A DNA stretch of 64,000 bases from Botryllus schlosseri (Eukaryota): contig CM119375.1 in assembly GCA_051294905.1 (NCBI GenBank), positions 3,844,001 to 3,908,000 on the forward strand, read 5' to 3'. Shown here one piece after another: positions 1-13,100 of this stretch. The notes below the pieces were generated by a model. The model did no database searches. It was not told the origin of the DNA and saw only the letters and a program-made list of their open reading frames with translations. Each line of letters begins with the position of its first letter. Within the stretch, counting starts at the first letter, position 1. Made by a program: the position numbers and the translations under genes.

Positions 1-1162
1 TTTCCTTTCTCCCCTATGTGTTCTGTGTGCTCTCTATTCAATCTCACCACCGAACTCTCAAGCTCACATTCAGCGATACCGGTCTCCGTATTCGGTTGTT
101 TTACAAATAAAACAGATTCCTTACTGGTATGTTTTGAATTGGTTTCAGATGCCGTGATATCGATTTCAGTGGGATCGACAATGTCCGAGGCCTCCAGGCC
201 ACCCGCATTCGATATCCATTGCTTGTATCCAAGAACTTGGTCAAATTCGAAAGACGTGATAGATTTCTCTCGATCCGTTGCCTTTGACGGATGACCTAGA
301 TCGATTTGCTGGTGTTCAGATGAATATGTGGAGGAGATCATGTCGTCAAATGTCGGAATGGATCCTTTGTCGATACGGTTTTCTGGGTTGGGGATTATTT
401 TGGACGATTTGCCTGAATCGGCATTGTCCTTCTCATGAGCAATCGAACGGACCCCACATATCTCCCCATAGTCGGGATCAGGTAAAGGGTAGGAAAATGA
501 CGGAAATGACGATAAGATACCCGTATCTGAACCTTCGCCATCACTTTTCCTTGACCAGGTAGATAGCTCATCATCGATGGAAATACTTCCGGCAAAAATA
601 TCGTATGCAGTAACATGAGCGAACATAAGTGGCGCCTGTTGAACGGGGGTCAACCTATGCAGAATATATTCTGGAAGCCTGAATGGTTTTTCAATACCGT
701 CCATTTCACACCAGCTAGCTCTTGACGCATAATCGTAACTCCTTGGTAATGACGCAGATCTGGTTACACTTTTCAAACTAGATCGTTCATTAGTTAAACT
801 ACGACCGTCGACGCTTGACGCGCGCCTTGTAAGCCTATGATTTGGACCTTTCGAAAGGCATGGATTCCCGGACAGAACTATACTTGCGTGGGATTGATAT
901 AACGTCCGCATCGCGGGTTTGTCTTCACGTGTCCTGGAGCGGCCTTGACGCTGCGTAAGACTAGTTGTTTTATCTTCGGGGGATATTCTAGATATCTTGC
1001 TGCTACTAGGTGTATCAACGTTATTATTTACTCTACAGCGCTCAATGCGTTCGCAGTCATTAGCAGATGTCGCTTTCGTTGTCGATTCCAACAGTTTGCG
1101 GTTTATACGCAGAGCTGGCCTTTTGCGCTGGCGGTTCGTGAACTGTGGATTACGTACCTGGC
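1..1162 (-). CDS. TTN: Titin unique-sequence exon running off the window edge
   Basis: Acceptor tttcatttacag| at 1162 in phase 1; hand translation has no stop to position 1 (GQVRNPQFTNRQRK..RRASSVDG..ECELESSVV..); absent from the ORF track because it has no stop. Confidence 0.82.
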
Positions 1163-1881
1163 CTGTAAATGAAAAAGCTTTATAAATCTCCCTGAATTCC
1201 GTGGCTGATATCTTTACCTCACTTAGTGCAGCAACATTCCACCGTGCGTCACTCAACAAACTCATGCACGGCATACTGCAAATGCGATGTTAGTTTTTAT
1301 ATTTAAAAAAAAACGACACACATACACACACATGTCATGTGCTGAACCCAAGCTGAAAACTTTGATCTTAAACGTCGTCCCTTTATACTTCCACGATTTC
1401 AGGCTCAAATTGTCGAAGGCACTCACGTAATAGACATTCCTTCTCTTTACACTTACAGAGCTACATTCAATTCCAAACATGTATTTTTTCCAATAAGTAG
1501 GATTCAAACGGTAGCCTACCGTCAACCAGAACTTTGTATGCCATGACAGGCTGTATGGCTTCATGGATTTATTAGGGATTAGGACAATAAAGTGTATGTA
1601 AAGTGTAATATACGGAAATATCAAAGACATAAAGTATAGGAGTAACAAGATGCAAAAAATTGTATGGATCGTTATTCAACCTCATGCTTTTTCAAAACGC
1701 GTGACAAAATGAGAGAAAATTCGTGCAGAACAATACAAAATATCGATATTTCGCGAACTTGATCGCAATCATACATAATATACAAATGAAAACGAAGCAA
1801 AACAATCAATGTAGTTGAACATTGACTTCACTCATGCAATGCAGTGTTGTGTCAAAAATACAAACATCGCTCACATCTCAC

Positions 1882-2905
1882 CTTCGCAAGGCAGTACCGT
1901 GACTTTGGAAGTGCTAGACGCGTCGCCGGCAATATTTAACGCAGAAAATGTATACACCCCCGAATCGGCCGCGGTGGGACTTTTAATTGTCATGGAGAAC
2001 ACATAACCGCTTTCGATGTCACCGCGATTTTGAAAGATATAATTGTCATTATCTTCGTGTATGAGATCCGCGTTTTTCAGCCACACGGGTTGCGGTTTGG
2101 GCCGGCCTGATACAGTGCACGAAAGGGTGAATTCATTGCCACTATCAACAGTCGCGATAGCTTTCGGGCGCTTTAAAATGCAAGGCGCTTCGTGCTTGCC
2201 AGATACCGACGACCGTCGACTTTCTATGGTATCATCCATCATGAATACGCCACTAGTGCTGGCGGTGGAGTGTGTTATCACACTGTCCGGGTATTCAGAG
2301 TCTACTACAAACGATCTGTTTTCATCTGAAAACCTGCTATCGGATGTAAGATTGTTGCGAATTGGCGAGGTAGATACAATGTTACTATCTAAAAAAGTAT
2401 CGCCATTTGCGTTACCTTCGTTACTAATAGACAGGCTTTCGGTACGGCGACCGCTAAAGGCATGAGTCCGGGATAAAAGGATGTTATTTAGTGAAGATGC
2501 ACGGAAATGAGCTCCAAAGTTTTCGGGTGATCCGTTAAAGGACGATTCAAACGATCGAGTGCGTATAGACTCGCTAGTCAAACTGTTAGCTCGACCATCA
2601 CGCCGTACGCGATCCAAGTACCGCCTTGTAGCTGAGGTAGGAGTTCTCGGGGTGTTAGTACCACTGCCTTTCTTTCTCGCCAGTCGACCGTCGCACTGTA
2701 ATCCATCCAAGTTTAACTTCGGTACTTTCGAATCGATGCTGCACTTGGCTATGTCCACTCTCGCAACGCACTGACATTGGCCTTCTTTGTTCTTCGCCAC
2801 GACTTTATATTCACCGGCGTCTTCAACCAGGCACGACTGTATCTCCATGATAGCGGTGTACGAGAACATGTCTCTCTCCGTGTTGATGAACACGCGAGGA
2901 CTCTT
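1882..2905 (-). CDS. TTN: Titin exon: Ig C-half, R/S-rich unique sequence, Ig
   Basis: ORF 1871..2893; DAGEYKVVAKN..; APCILKRP..CTVSGRPKPQPVWLKN..DSGVYTFSALN; donor G|GTGAGA, so the ORF stop is intronic; phase 0-1. Confidence 0.9.
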
Positions 2906-2934
2906 CTATAAAGAATAAAGTTTATTGTTATTGA

Positions 2935-3430
2935 TACTCATCATCATCATCATTGGTTTATTAGCAATTTTATCAGTTCAATACACCACAAAAATGCGAT
3001 ACAATGAAAAGACAGGAAGATGTCGAAGCGACAAGGAGTAGTCTATGGAATCTGACACCCACCTTGGCCTAGGCGATGTAAAGAGGAAGCATGCACATTG
3101 AATGAAAGTAAAGAAGATAGTATAGAAAAAGAATGCGACAAGAAATAGGGCGGCATGTCATGGGAAGCGAGATCGATAGGTCAGTCGTGGTCCTTTCCAA
3201 ATCACCTTAAGATTAGAATGAAAAGATAGGAATGCGTCGAAACGACTTGGAGTCTTATTTCAAACCAGACCAAAAATCAAATCAGACCAAATCACCCACC
3301 CGGGCCTATACGATGTAAAGAAGATGGATGCACACTGAATGAAAAGTAACAGAAGATAACATATACAAGACAAGTGATCAGGCAGCATGTGTTGAAAGGT
3401 GATGTAGATATCAGATCGTGTCCAGGTAAT
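2935..3430 (-). repeat. Possible retroposon 3' end with internal duplication
   Basis: On - it ends AATAAA..(ATG)n; the block CGATGTAAAGA..TGCAC..GAATGAAA is duplicated near 3074 and 3311. Confidence 0.35.
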
Positions 3431-3465
3431 CTCGGGCACTGACTAGTTATTCACATGATAATATT

Positions 3466-3665
3466 GGTCCATGGACATATGAGCAAGTGACACTTCAGCG
3501 CGCGACAATTAAGCAAGCGACATTTGAGCATGCGGACAAAATCTGCGGTTAGGGCCGGGTGTAGTATAGACTGAGGATTGGGTTAGGGTTCAGGTGGGGT
3601 TAGGATATACATAAGTGCCAAAGTGACGCATGCTAATGTGTCGCATGCTCATATATCGGGCAACC
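3466..3665. mobile_element. MULE-like MITE with GGTTA-rich core (copy 1)
   Basis: Imperfect 27-bp TIRs shared with 26926..27222 in opposite orientation; flanks gataatatt / gacaatatg look like a decayed 9-bp TSD. Confidence 0.7.
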
Positions 3666-3719
3666 GACAATATGACATCATTGATAACACTAGCGGTTAT
3701 TATATCGTGTAGATCCTAC

Positions 3720-3882
3720 CTCCATGACAGTTCCGTTGTGAAGCCAAGTGATTTGAGGTCTGGGGGAAGCGACTAGTTTGCAAATCAATTCCACTGTGTC
3801 GTCGACTTCTGCAGAAGTGGGTTTAAGCTTCTGCGTAAATGCGGGCCGGACAGCGTCGCTCTCCAAATCTACAGCGGTTTTT
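3720..3882 (-). CDS. TTN: Titin exon: N-half of Novex-3-like Ig
   Basis: RPAFTQKLKPTSAEVDDTVELICKLVASPRPQITWLHNG; phase 2-0. Confidence 0.88.
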
Positions 3883-4429
3883 CTGAAATATGAGTGAATT
3901 TGGATGCTTGTGGTATAATACCATTCTATATAGACACACTGTATACTATTAACGAATCTTAAATGTTTCACCTACAGATCGATGTCAAAGTTCAGTATCT
4001 ACGTTCAGCCTGTATTATTTTTATAATCCCTCGAAATCTTTCTCATGCTATGTTAAATATTTGTGATAATAACACATATCGTTTCAACGTCAAAGTGATA
4101 TAAAACGTTCTACTATAATATGGACATTCTGCAACTTACGTGTAACCATAATACCATATTCAAAAACACAAAACATTAATAGTTGTTGAGAAGAGAGAAA
4201 TGTTCCACTTTTACCATAATAATAGTTAAGGCTATTGTAAGGAAAATCGCCAGACGTCGTCAAAATACCACAAGAGATTGACGGGTAGTGTATCAGGTGC
4301 TCGGCATTAATGCAGTTACACCAACGTAAAATAATACCATTCATCTCACGGGTGGCACAGCATATATATAATAATATATTTTAAAGAGTTGAATTATGTC
4401 ATACGACGAAATTTATTTTAAAATCTAAC

Positions 4430-4703
4430 CTCAATAGAATCGGAGTGTCTGCTAATGACGGATCGTATTGGGAGTGTCGAATATAATTGCGCCCAGCGAG
4501 CTGAACGACATTCGATCTCTTTATCGTAAATTCTTTTCCTGTCATGGTGCTTGTGACGAATAGAGTTTCCGCCGAATCCGTTTGTTTGTCATCCGCGTCT
4601 CCGTTGATCACTCCGTTGAGTGCATTCGCGAGATCTTGATTTCTTTCTGTACGGGGTGCGTTTGATACTGCAGCAGTGATTTCCGTTGTTCCTCCGTTCT
4701 GAC
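4430..4703 (-). CDS. TTN: Titin unique-sequence exon
   Basis: GQNGGTTEITAAV..NYIRHSQYDPSLADTPILL; phase 1-2 bridges its neighbours. Confidence 0.72.
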
Positions 4704-5942
4704 CTGGATATCCATGTCATTTTAATTTATGACACATAATGTACTTAGTCACCACGCAATCTTCAAAATTCAATACCAAAACCCGCACAATCCTTACATT
4801 CAGTATAGCAAACGCTTCGGAATCTCCAAAAACCATATCAAATCCCATATTATACATCACACGAAGAAGACATATTCAAGTCAGTAATTGCACACCACGA
4901 AGTTTGTACCAAAAGCAACTATTCTATCTACAAACTATTGCAAAATTTCAGTCTAACTATAGGGACCTATTGTTCTTCTATTTGGATTACAGTATTATTA
5001 CAAAAGTGCATAATTACGTTACTCACCACTGCATCACAGTGCGCTACGTGTGCTACCGGAGGACTACGCCGGACCTTCCTCTTCTAACGGCAACTACTGT
5101 GTTAACCGAGTGCTTAGCACAGTTTGATTAGATGGAATGTAGTGGGATAAATATTCACATGATGATTGTTAGACATGAATTGCGATGGAACGTACAATGG
5201 CACATGCATATCATCTACAACGGAACTTCAAAATTACGTTACAACTGAAATTGCATAACAACAGTATACAAATTAGTACCGTACAATTCGGCATTATATT
5301 GGTCACGCATTTTCTCTATACATCGTGAATTGATGTTATGATTGCGCAATTATTGACTTGGAATACAATAAGTAAGCATGCACAATGCACATCACAAAGA
5401 GAAAATTGCAATTGAAAGCATAGCTGAAATCACAGAACATTGCAAGTTCACTATAATTCGTCATGCAACACCAAAACGAACGCTAAGCGATATTGCTAAA
5501 ACGACATCTAGCTACAACCCTAATATACGTGAAAATCCTAACCTGCAGTCGGAGCATTGTCTTGCTGTGATGCCGAGTCGAAAAGGCCTGTAATAAGGAT
5601 GGTGGCATATGTAAGAGATGCTCAAAATTGAGTAATGGCTTGATGTTGGAAAATATGTTAACGCCCTTACGTCGTGCAGTGTAAACATGCAAATGAATCT
5701 TCTTTCCTATTGTATCTATCCAACCCGAATAGTACTACGATAGATATTTATTTTCTGCTTGGTTGCATAATAGATATAAGAAAACAATTTGATTATTAAA
5801 TGTCTGCTCATTATTTTTGCAGATCGCGGTTCCAGGTCATCATGCTTATGGATATTTTTTAGTGTCACGTGGTATGTGACAGCATGGAAGGAAAAATGGT
5901 AACGTAAATTATTACTGTTGAATGATATATTCTTATTGAAAC

Positions 5943-6036
5943 AAACCCGAATACTTTCGACTCGCATTCGTCAGTGATAATCTTCAGCAACTAGTAGATT
6001 AGCTGTGACGAATTTCAGCCGAAAATATTCGGGTTT
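5943..6036. repeat. Small palindromic MITE family (CAGCAACTAGTAG core)
   Basis: TIR AAACCCGAATA; related pieces near 24740-24810, 30345-30430, 35940-36000, 42575-42735, 48245-48290, 53280-53365, 60565-60680. Confidence 0.7.
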
Positions 6037-6459
6037 ACTCCATTATGAATATTATTCAATTGTATATCGAGGTTCTGTACCCCCAAGATGTTCTCTAAAT
6101 TATTACTTTTTTCTAGTTTCTCAATAGAATATTATTCAACATGAACGCAATAGATTTTAGAATGTAACAGACTCATTACCGGAAGACATTGTATTTTAAG
6201 CAAAGATCCATTATTTCTACGCATTATTGTATATTCAATAATTTTACTGCATGTTGCTACTAGGTGCGCTTCTTTCAGGCAATGTATAAGTATACCTGAC
6301 ATGACTTTCAAGGTTGCCATAATCAACCTGAACAAGTGGACATCCATCTATTGCCACGCGATATTATGTATTCAATAATTATAATGTACGTTCCGATACG
6401 ATGCGCTTCGCTCATGCGATGTATGACTGACATCACTCCCCACACTGTCATAAGCAAAC

Positions 6460-6804
6460 CTCGTTTCTTATCGTAGTGCTGTGACTTCCTCACAGCAACA
6501 CTGGCACTGGAAACGCAAGTTCCACTCTCATTAACAGCTTTACACTCATAGACGCCCTCGTCGTTCACTGCTGATTTCTCAATCACCAGCCTGCTCGTTA
6601 GGACTCCGTTCTCGTATTGCGTACCAACAGAAAGTCCACCCTTTTGAGCGCGTAAAGGTTTGCCGTCTCGGCTCCACAGTATTTCCGCGAATGGTCGGCA
6701 TGAAACCTCGCACCTCAGTCGCAAAGGATGACCTTCGTCAACTTCAATCGGACTTAAAGGCGATACAAACTCTGGAGCGATTACATCCGTTTTCCCAATA
6801 ATCC
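6460..6804 (-). CDS. TTN: Titin exon: Ig domain after the giant exon
   Basis: APEFVSPLSPIEVDEGHPLRLRCEVSCRPFAEILWSRDG..DEGVYECKAVN; phase 1-1; donor position less certain. Confidence 0.85.
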
Positions 6805-7146
6805 CTAATAACAAAGATGTTATGACACTAAGAATAGATTGCTCTGTTGAACCGATAGCAGGCAATATATGCCAAAGACCTTGCTACGTTTCACACCGTA
6901 TTTAACGTCCACTTACAAATTACTATAACTTCGCACAGTTCGTTACATGACAAAAATAAGGTGTCAAAGCTACCACGGTATTAATAAGAATAGATTGTAC
7001 GATATATAGGACAGAAATCAGTCAAGGCTGGGACAAGTCCGAAAGAATGATTTGTCATATCTAATGATGTAAATTTTTGAAGTACCTTCCCCGCGAATTA
7101 CTTTCATGACGCCTAGATCTTATATTTAAACACCCTTTTCACTCAC

Positions 7147-10100
7147 TTTCTTTGGGATTATCATCGATTGTATTGATTTCAGTAACAGCATCAGTGGACG
7201 ACACCTCTGTTTGTGATTGTCGTCTAATAGTCGAAGGTTGCTTATTCGTGTCGAAAGAATCGCTTTTAGATTTCTGCTGTTCAATAACGACTGCGTCGAA
7301 TTTGCGGGTGCGCGGATTCCAAGTACGTTTTGTTGTCACAGTCTTCTCTTCTACAGACATCTTTGCCTTAGCGTCCACCAGCTCATTTCTCTTGGGAACA
7401 CCCATGCGACTATCAGAAGTATCTTCCGAGACGGCTGTTTGTTCCGGTGATGTCCCATGTAATTCTGACTCCAGCTTCCTCTCAGGCGCGATTTTCGTTT
7501 GAGATAGGGATACTGTCTTTTCAGATTGCTGATCTTCTTCTACGTGCTGTCGCTGTGCTTCCACTCCTATAGTTGGTTTGCTCGTGTCACTCGTTGACAT
7601 CTTACTAAGTGAGGATTCATCCGCAATCTCGTGTTCAGACTTTCGTAAAGGACTTTTTGGTTCTGTCTTCGGTATCTGTAAACTTTGTTGTAAATGAATA
7701 TTCTGTTGCTCGTCACGCGTGGATTTAAGTTTGAGGTCTTTGTCAACATTTTCATCCCCTGTAAGTCGTGTAATTTCGGATACAGATGATTTCGTAATTG
7801 ATTCAATGGAAACGAGTTCCTTACTTGGAATCGTGACTTCTATTTCATCGCTGGGAACCTCATCCGAGCTTTCCAAAACTTCAAATTGTATATTGCCAAC
7901 CAGAGACGGCTGATCATCAGAAGCCGGTGTTCCAGCTGTTTCATCTATATCAGTGTTTGGTCTATCTTGGTCACTTGCTTCGGTACTGCTTTTGAGAGCT
8001 GACGGTACATCGACAGATTCTTTCGTTAACTTTTGACTGTGCTTCATTTTACCATCGACAGGAGTGTCTTTAGATGGTGTTTCTTGTTTCGGCTGATCAG
8101 TCTCAATAACAACTTCTTCAAAACATCTTTTTCGGGGATTCCATTTACGCTTTGTCTTCGTAGTTTTGGGCTGTATTGAATCTTCAGAAATTCGAGATGA
8201 TTGCTTTTTCGGGAATCCATCTATTTCTTCAACAATTTCAGGAGCAGGTTCCGACCTTTCAGATGCTCTAAGAATGTCATCGTCAATGTTCTCACTGTCT
8301 ACTGGTTCTATATCACGTTTGTCGGTTACAGCCGATGCTGTCAGTGATATGCCTGGCTTCTCTTGATTTTGCGAAGTCTCTGTTAATATCTCTGTGACTT
8401 TCTCATCCAATGATGTCACATCAGTTACGTGCGACGGGCTGGGTGTTTCCAAATCAGCGCTGTCTTTTACCGTAACGACATCGCGGTGTTTTGAAGCACT
8501 GCGTCGCTTATCCTTTTCCGGCATGTTCACTTCAAGTTCTTCACTTATAAATTCGTCCAGGATTTCAAACTCAACTTTACCAATCAGTGCAGGACTTGAC
8601 GTATCTTGAATCCCGCCAATATCACCTTCGGAAGTGGTGTCAGGAAGAGCAGGATGTTGAGAGGAGATGTCATCTTTGCTATCAGGAACGTCACAATCTT
8701 TTGTCATTATAGGTTCATAAGTCTTCGTTCGCATAACGTCATCAGATTCATCTCGACTCGGAGACTTCTTGGTAGGAAGTTTATCCTTCGCCTGTTTGAG
8801 GGTTTGTTTTGGCTCAACTTCATCAACTGGAATTTCATCAAAACATCGTTTCTTTGCATTCCATTTTCTCGTCGTCTTCTTGTGAACAACAGGTTTATCT
8901 TCGACTGATTTTTCCTGTAAGGATGGTTTCATTTTAACAGTGCTATCATCGTCACCAGTGGACTTGGATGTTTCTATAATAGGAACGCCCGGTGTTTCTT
9001 GAGCAAGTTCTCTTGTCCGACTAGCAACCTCGCCACGAGTACCTTTTGCCATTTCAGCTACTTCACGAGTGCCCGCATCTGCGTGCACGGGGACTTGAGG
9101 TTTTTCATTTGCAGCCTTTGTAGCAGTTATGTCGGACAGCTCTTCTTTTTGGGATGTCTCTGACAATGCTTTAGTGACTTTCTCGTCCAACATCGTCAAA
9201 GCAGTTCCGTGTGTCTCTTTCTCCGCATCGAGCCGAGTTAGATCTGTCGTTGACGACCTGGGTGTTTTCAAATCAGCGCTATCTTTCGCCGTAGCAATAT
9301 TTTGATCGCCCGAAGTGCCTGTATGCCTTCCCTTTTGCGGCATAGTTACTTCCAGTTCTGCACTCGCAAATTCATCCAAGATTTCAAACTGAACATTGCC
9401 GATGGGAGGCTGGTCTTCATCTGGACTTGAAGTATCTGAACTGTGTCTATGATCGCGTCTAAAAGCATCAGGAACAGTTGTAATTTTAGATGTGATGTCC
9501 TCATTGCTATCACGAACATCACCATCCTCTTCATGTAAAATATTGAAAGTCTTTGGTTGTGCAACTTTATCAGATTCATTTCGACTAGGAGACTTCTTGG
9601 CAAGAAATTCATCCTTTGCCTGTTTCGGTGTAGCTTTAGGCTTAGCATCATCTACCGGAATTTCTTCGAAGCGGCGCTTCTTTGCATTCCATTTTCGCAT
9701 TGTCTTCTTCTGAACAACAGGTTTGTGCTCTGGCGTTTCTTCTGTTAAGGATCGAGTCTTTTTAATACCTGAACTCGACTGGGTTTCATCAAGACTTTGA
9801 GATTCGTGTGTCACTACCACAGTATCATTATCAGTACGGGTGCTGATTTGACGGAAACCGATGTTTCTATCTGCATTGGCTAATGCAGCATCAGCATCGA
9901 ATTGTGCAGGCACGACTCCGATAGCAGGTGTGATTGGAATCTCCTCTATTGCGTTCTCAAGGCTGGATATCGGACCTTCAGTATCACCAGTTTCATTCAG
10001 GTCCTCAGACATAAGCTGCACAATATTGGATGTGGATCCAATTTCGTTTCGTGGCTTCACGATTGCTTCTCGACTAACGGTAATCGGCTCAATTGCATCT

Positions 10101-13100
10101 TCAAGCCCAACTTTCGTAGTATGTACCGGTACAGTAGGTGATATTTTCATTTTATCATCAGCTTTACCATCTGCGTCAGGTCCGCGCGACCCTTGATCCG
10201 CATCGCGCCGGGTTTTATCCGTCATCGACGACTTGGGTGGTTTCAAATCAGCTGCTGTAACAATAGTTTGGTCGCTTGAAGCATGCGAAGGTTTTCCCTT
10301 TTGCGGCATAGTTACTTCAAGTTCGTCAATCACAAATTCATCCAGGATTTCAAATTGAACATTGCCGATCGGAGCCTGTTCTTCTTTGGGAGTTGATGTA
10401 TCTGGAACATGTTTGATATTGTCTTCTAAAGCTGCGGCAGGAACAGTTATATTTTTTGATGCAATGTCATCATTGTTATCAAGAACATCAACATCTTCTT
10501 CCTGTAACGGTTTGGAAGTCTTCGGTGGCATAACTTTATCGAGTTCATTTTGACTCGGAGTCTTCTTGGTAGGAAGTTTATCCTTCGCATGTTTAGATGT
10601 TGCTTTAGGCTTAACATCATCAACCGAAATTTCTTCGAAACAGCGCTTCTTTGCGTTCCATTTTCTCACCGTCGTCTTCTTAACTACAGATTTATGCTCG
10701 GACGATTCTTCTGTCAAGGATGTAGTATGTGTAATACCTGAACTCGAATGGACTTTGTCTATCTTTTGAGATTCGGGCGTCACTACCAAAGTATCATTAT
10801 CGGTGCTAGTGGCGATTTGTCGCAAACCGACGTTTTCATCTGCATTAGCTAATGCAGTATCAGCATCGAAATGCACAGGCACATCGCCGATAGCAGGCGT
10901 GATTGGCATCTCCTCAATTGCGTTTTCAAAGCTGGAAATTGGACCTTCAGTATCACCTGTTTCTTTCAAGTCCTCAGCCATAAGCTGCACAATCTTGGAT
11001 GTGGATCCAATTTTGTTTCGTGGCTTCATGATTGCTTCTCGACTAACGGTAATCGGCTCAATTGCATCTTCAAGCCCTGCTTTTGTAGTAGGTACCGAGA
11101 CAGTGAGTGATGTATCCATTTTGTCATCAAATTTTCCATCCACATCTGGTCCGCGCGTCCCTTGATCCGCATCGAGCCGAGTTGGATCCGTCATAGACGA
11201 CATAGATGTTTTTATATCAGCACTATCTTTGACTGTAACGACATTTTGGTTGTTTGCAGCGCGGGAATACGTTTTCTTTGGCGGCATAGTTACTTCCAGT
11301 TCTTCACTCACAAATTCATCCAGAATTTCAAACTGAACATTGCCAATCAGGGGTTGTTCTTCGTCTGGACTGGAAGTATCTGAAATATGTTTAAGATTGT
11401 CTTCAACAGCTGCGTCAGTAACAGTTTGAGTTTTAGGTGCGATGTCAAGAATATCACTGTCCGCTTTCTGTAGAGGTTTGGAAGTATTTGGTTGTGTAAC
11501 TTTGTCAGGTTCATCTTGACTAGGAGACTTCTTGGTTGGAAGTCCATCCTTCGCTTGTTTCGGTGTTGATTTAGGCTTAGCATCATCAACCGGAATTTCT
11601 TCGAAACAGCGCTTCTTTGCATTCCATTTTCTAACTGTCTTCTTCTGAACAGCAGGTTTACGCCCTGCCGATTCTTCTGTGAAAGACGTAGTCATTTCAA
11701 TAACTGAACTCGAATGGGCTTCGTCAACCTTTTGAGCATCGTTATCAGTGCGAGTTGTGATTGGTCGCAAACCCACGATTTCATCTGCAGTAGCTAATGC
11801 ACTATCAGCATCGAACTGTACAGGCGAACCTCCGATAACAGGAGTGATTGGAATCTCCTCAATTGCGTTTTTAAGGCTAGATATCTTGGGTTCAGTAGCT
11901 TCAGTATCTTTGAGGTCATCAGACATAATCTCCACCATCTTGGATGTGGATCCAACTGCGTCTCGCGGCTTCACGATTGCTTGTCGGTCAACGGTAATGG
12001 GTTCAATTGCATCTTCAAGTCCCACTTTTGTAATAGGTACAGAGACAGTAGGTGATACTTCCATTCTATCTTCAGGTTTTTCTTTGACATCAATCAACGT
12101 TGTCCTCGATGCAGTAGATTTGTGTTCGTCGGAAATTTTCGATTTGGAAGTCGAAACACGCTTCGATGTTTTGGTTCTAATCGATGTTTTCATAGTAACC
12201 GGTGTGACATCCTCGCCTGGTTTCTGATCTGATTCAACTTCACTTTTCGAGTCACTGGCAGCTTTACTGCGTATTTTTGCATCTGGTGTACGTTTCATTT
12301 GACTAGATTCTGGCTCGACGGGTACTTCTTCGAACATTTTCTTCGTGGGATTCCATTTTCGTTTCATCTTTATAACTGCTTTTGAATCACATTCCTGCCG
12401 GGTCAGGAGATTATCGACCTCCGCGACTTCCTTCAGGGCATCCGCAGCTTCTGGAACAATTTCTGATTTAGTAGCGTCAGATGAGTCCGAAGTACCTGGT
12501 AGAGTGTGCTCAGAGTCTAATTCCGATTTTGCATTCACTGGCAGGGCTGCCTTATCTGCGACCTGGGGCTTCTTACTAGGCAGTTTTCTGGATAGCGTTT
12601 TGTCGCTTACCTGCACAGTTGGCGGCACAATTGTCTCGACGGGGATTTCTTCAAACATCCTCTTCGCAGGATTCCATTTTCGTTTGGTTTTATTTGCAGG
12701 AATATCATCTACTTTCGTATCAGTGAAAAGTTTCTCAATATCAATATCAGATGGTCGCGAGGACGAGGTAGATGCTTCCACAGAAGGTTCCACAACTATT
12801 CGAGCACTGTCGACTGATGTTTCCCCGATAGCTTCTTTGGATTCAACGCTTGCACTAAGACGGGCGACTAGCTCCGATGTCAGTTCGGGTTTAGGGGCTG
12901 CTTTACGTGCATCTGTATTTTCAATCATGATGGGTATCACAGGCCAATCCGTGTCGTGACCATCAGGTATAGAATCAGGGACCTTTTCCAGTTCGAGAGT
13001 CGATTTTGCGTCATGTTTCTTCGGAATATCCTGCTGCTTCTCAACGGAGCGTTTCAGGCTATCATCAACATGTGTTGCGGTTTTCTGATCCACTTCGATG

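Noticed and set aside
1871-7146. Stops at 1871 and 7139 as gene ends
   Set aside because: Each lies just past a consensus GTGAG donor, and the exon chain continues in phase.
7800-12060. CRISPR-like or PEVK label for the repeats
   Set aside because: The repeats are in-frame coding units of about 1 kb in a eukaryotic exon, and the composition is S/T/D/K/E-rich, not PEVK.
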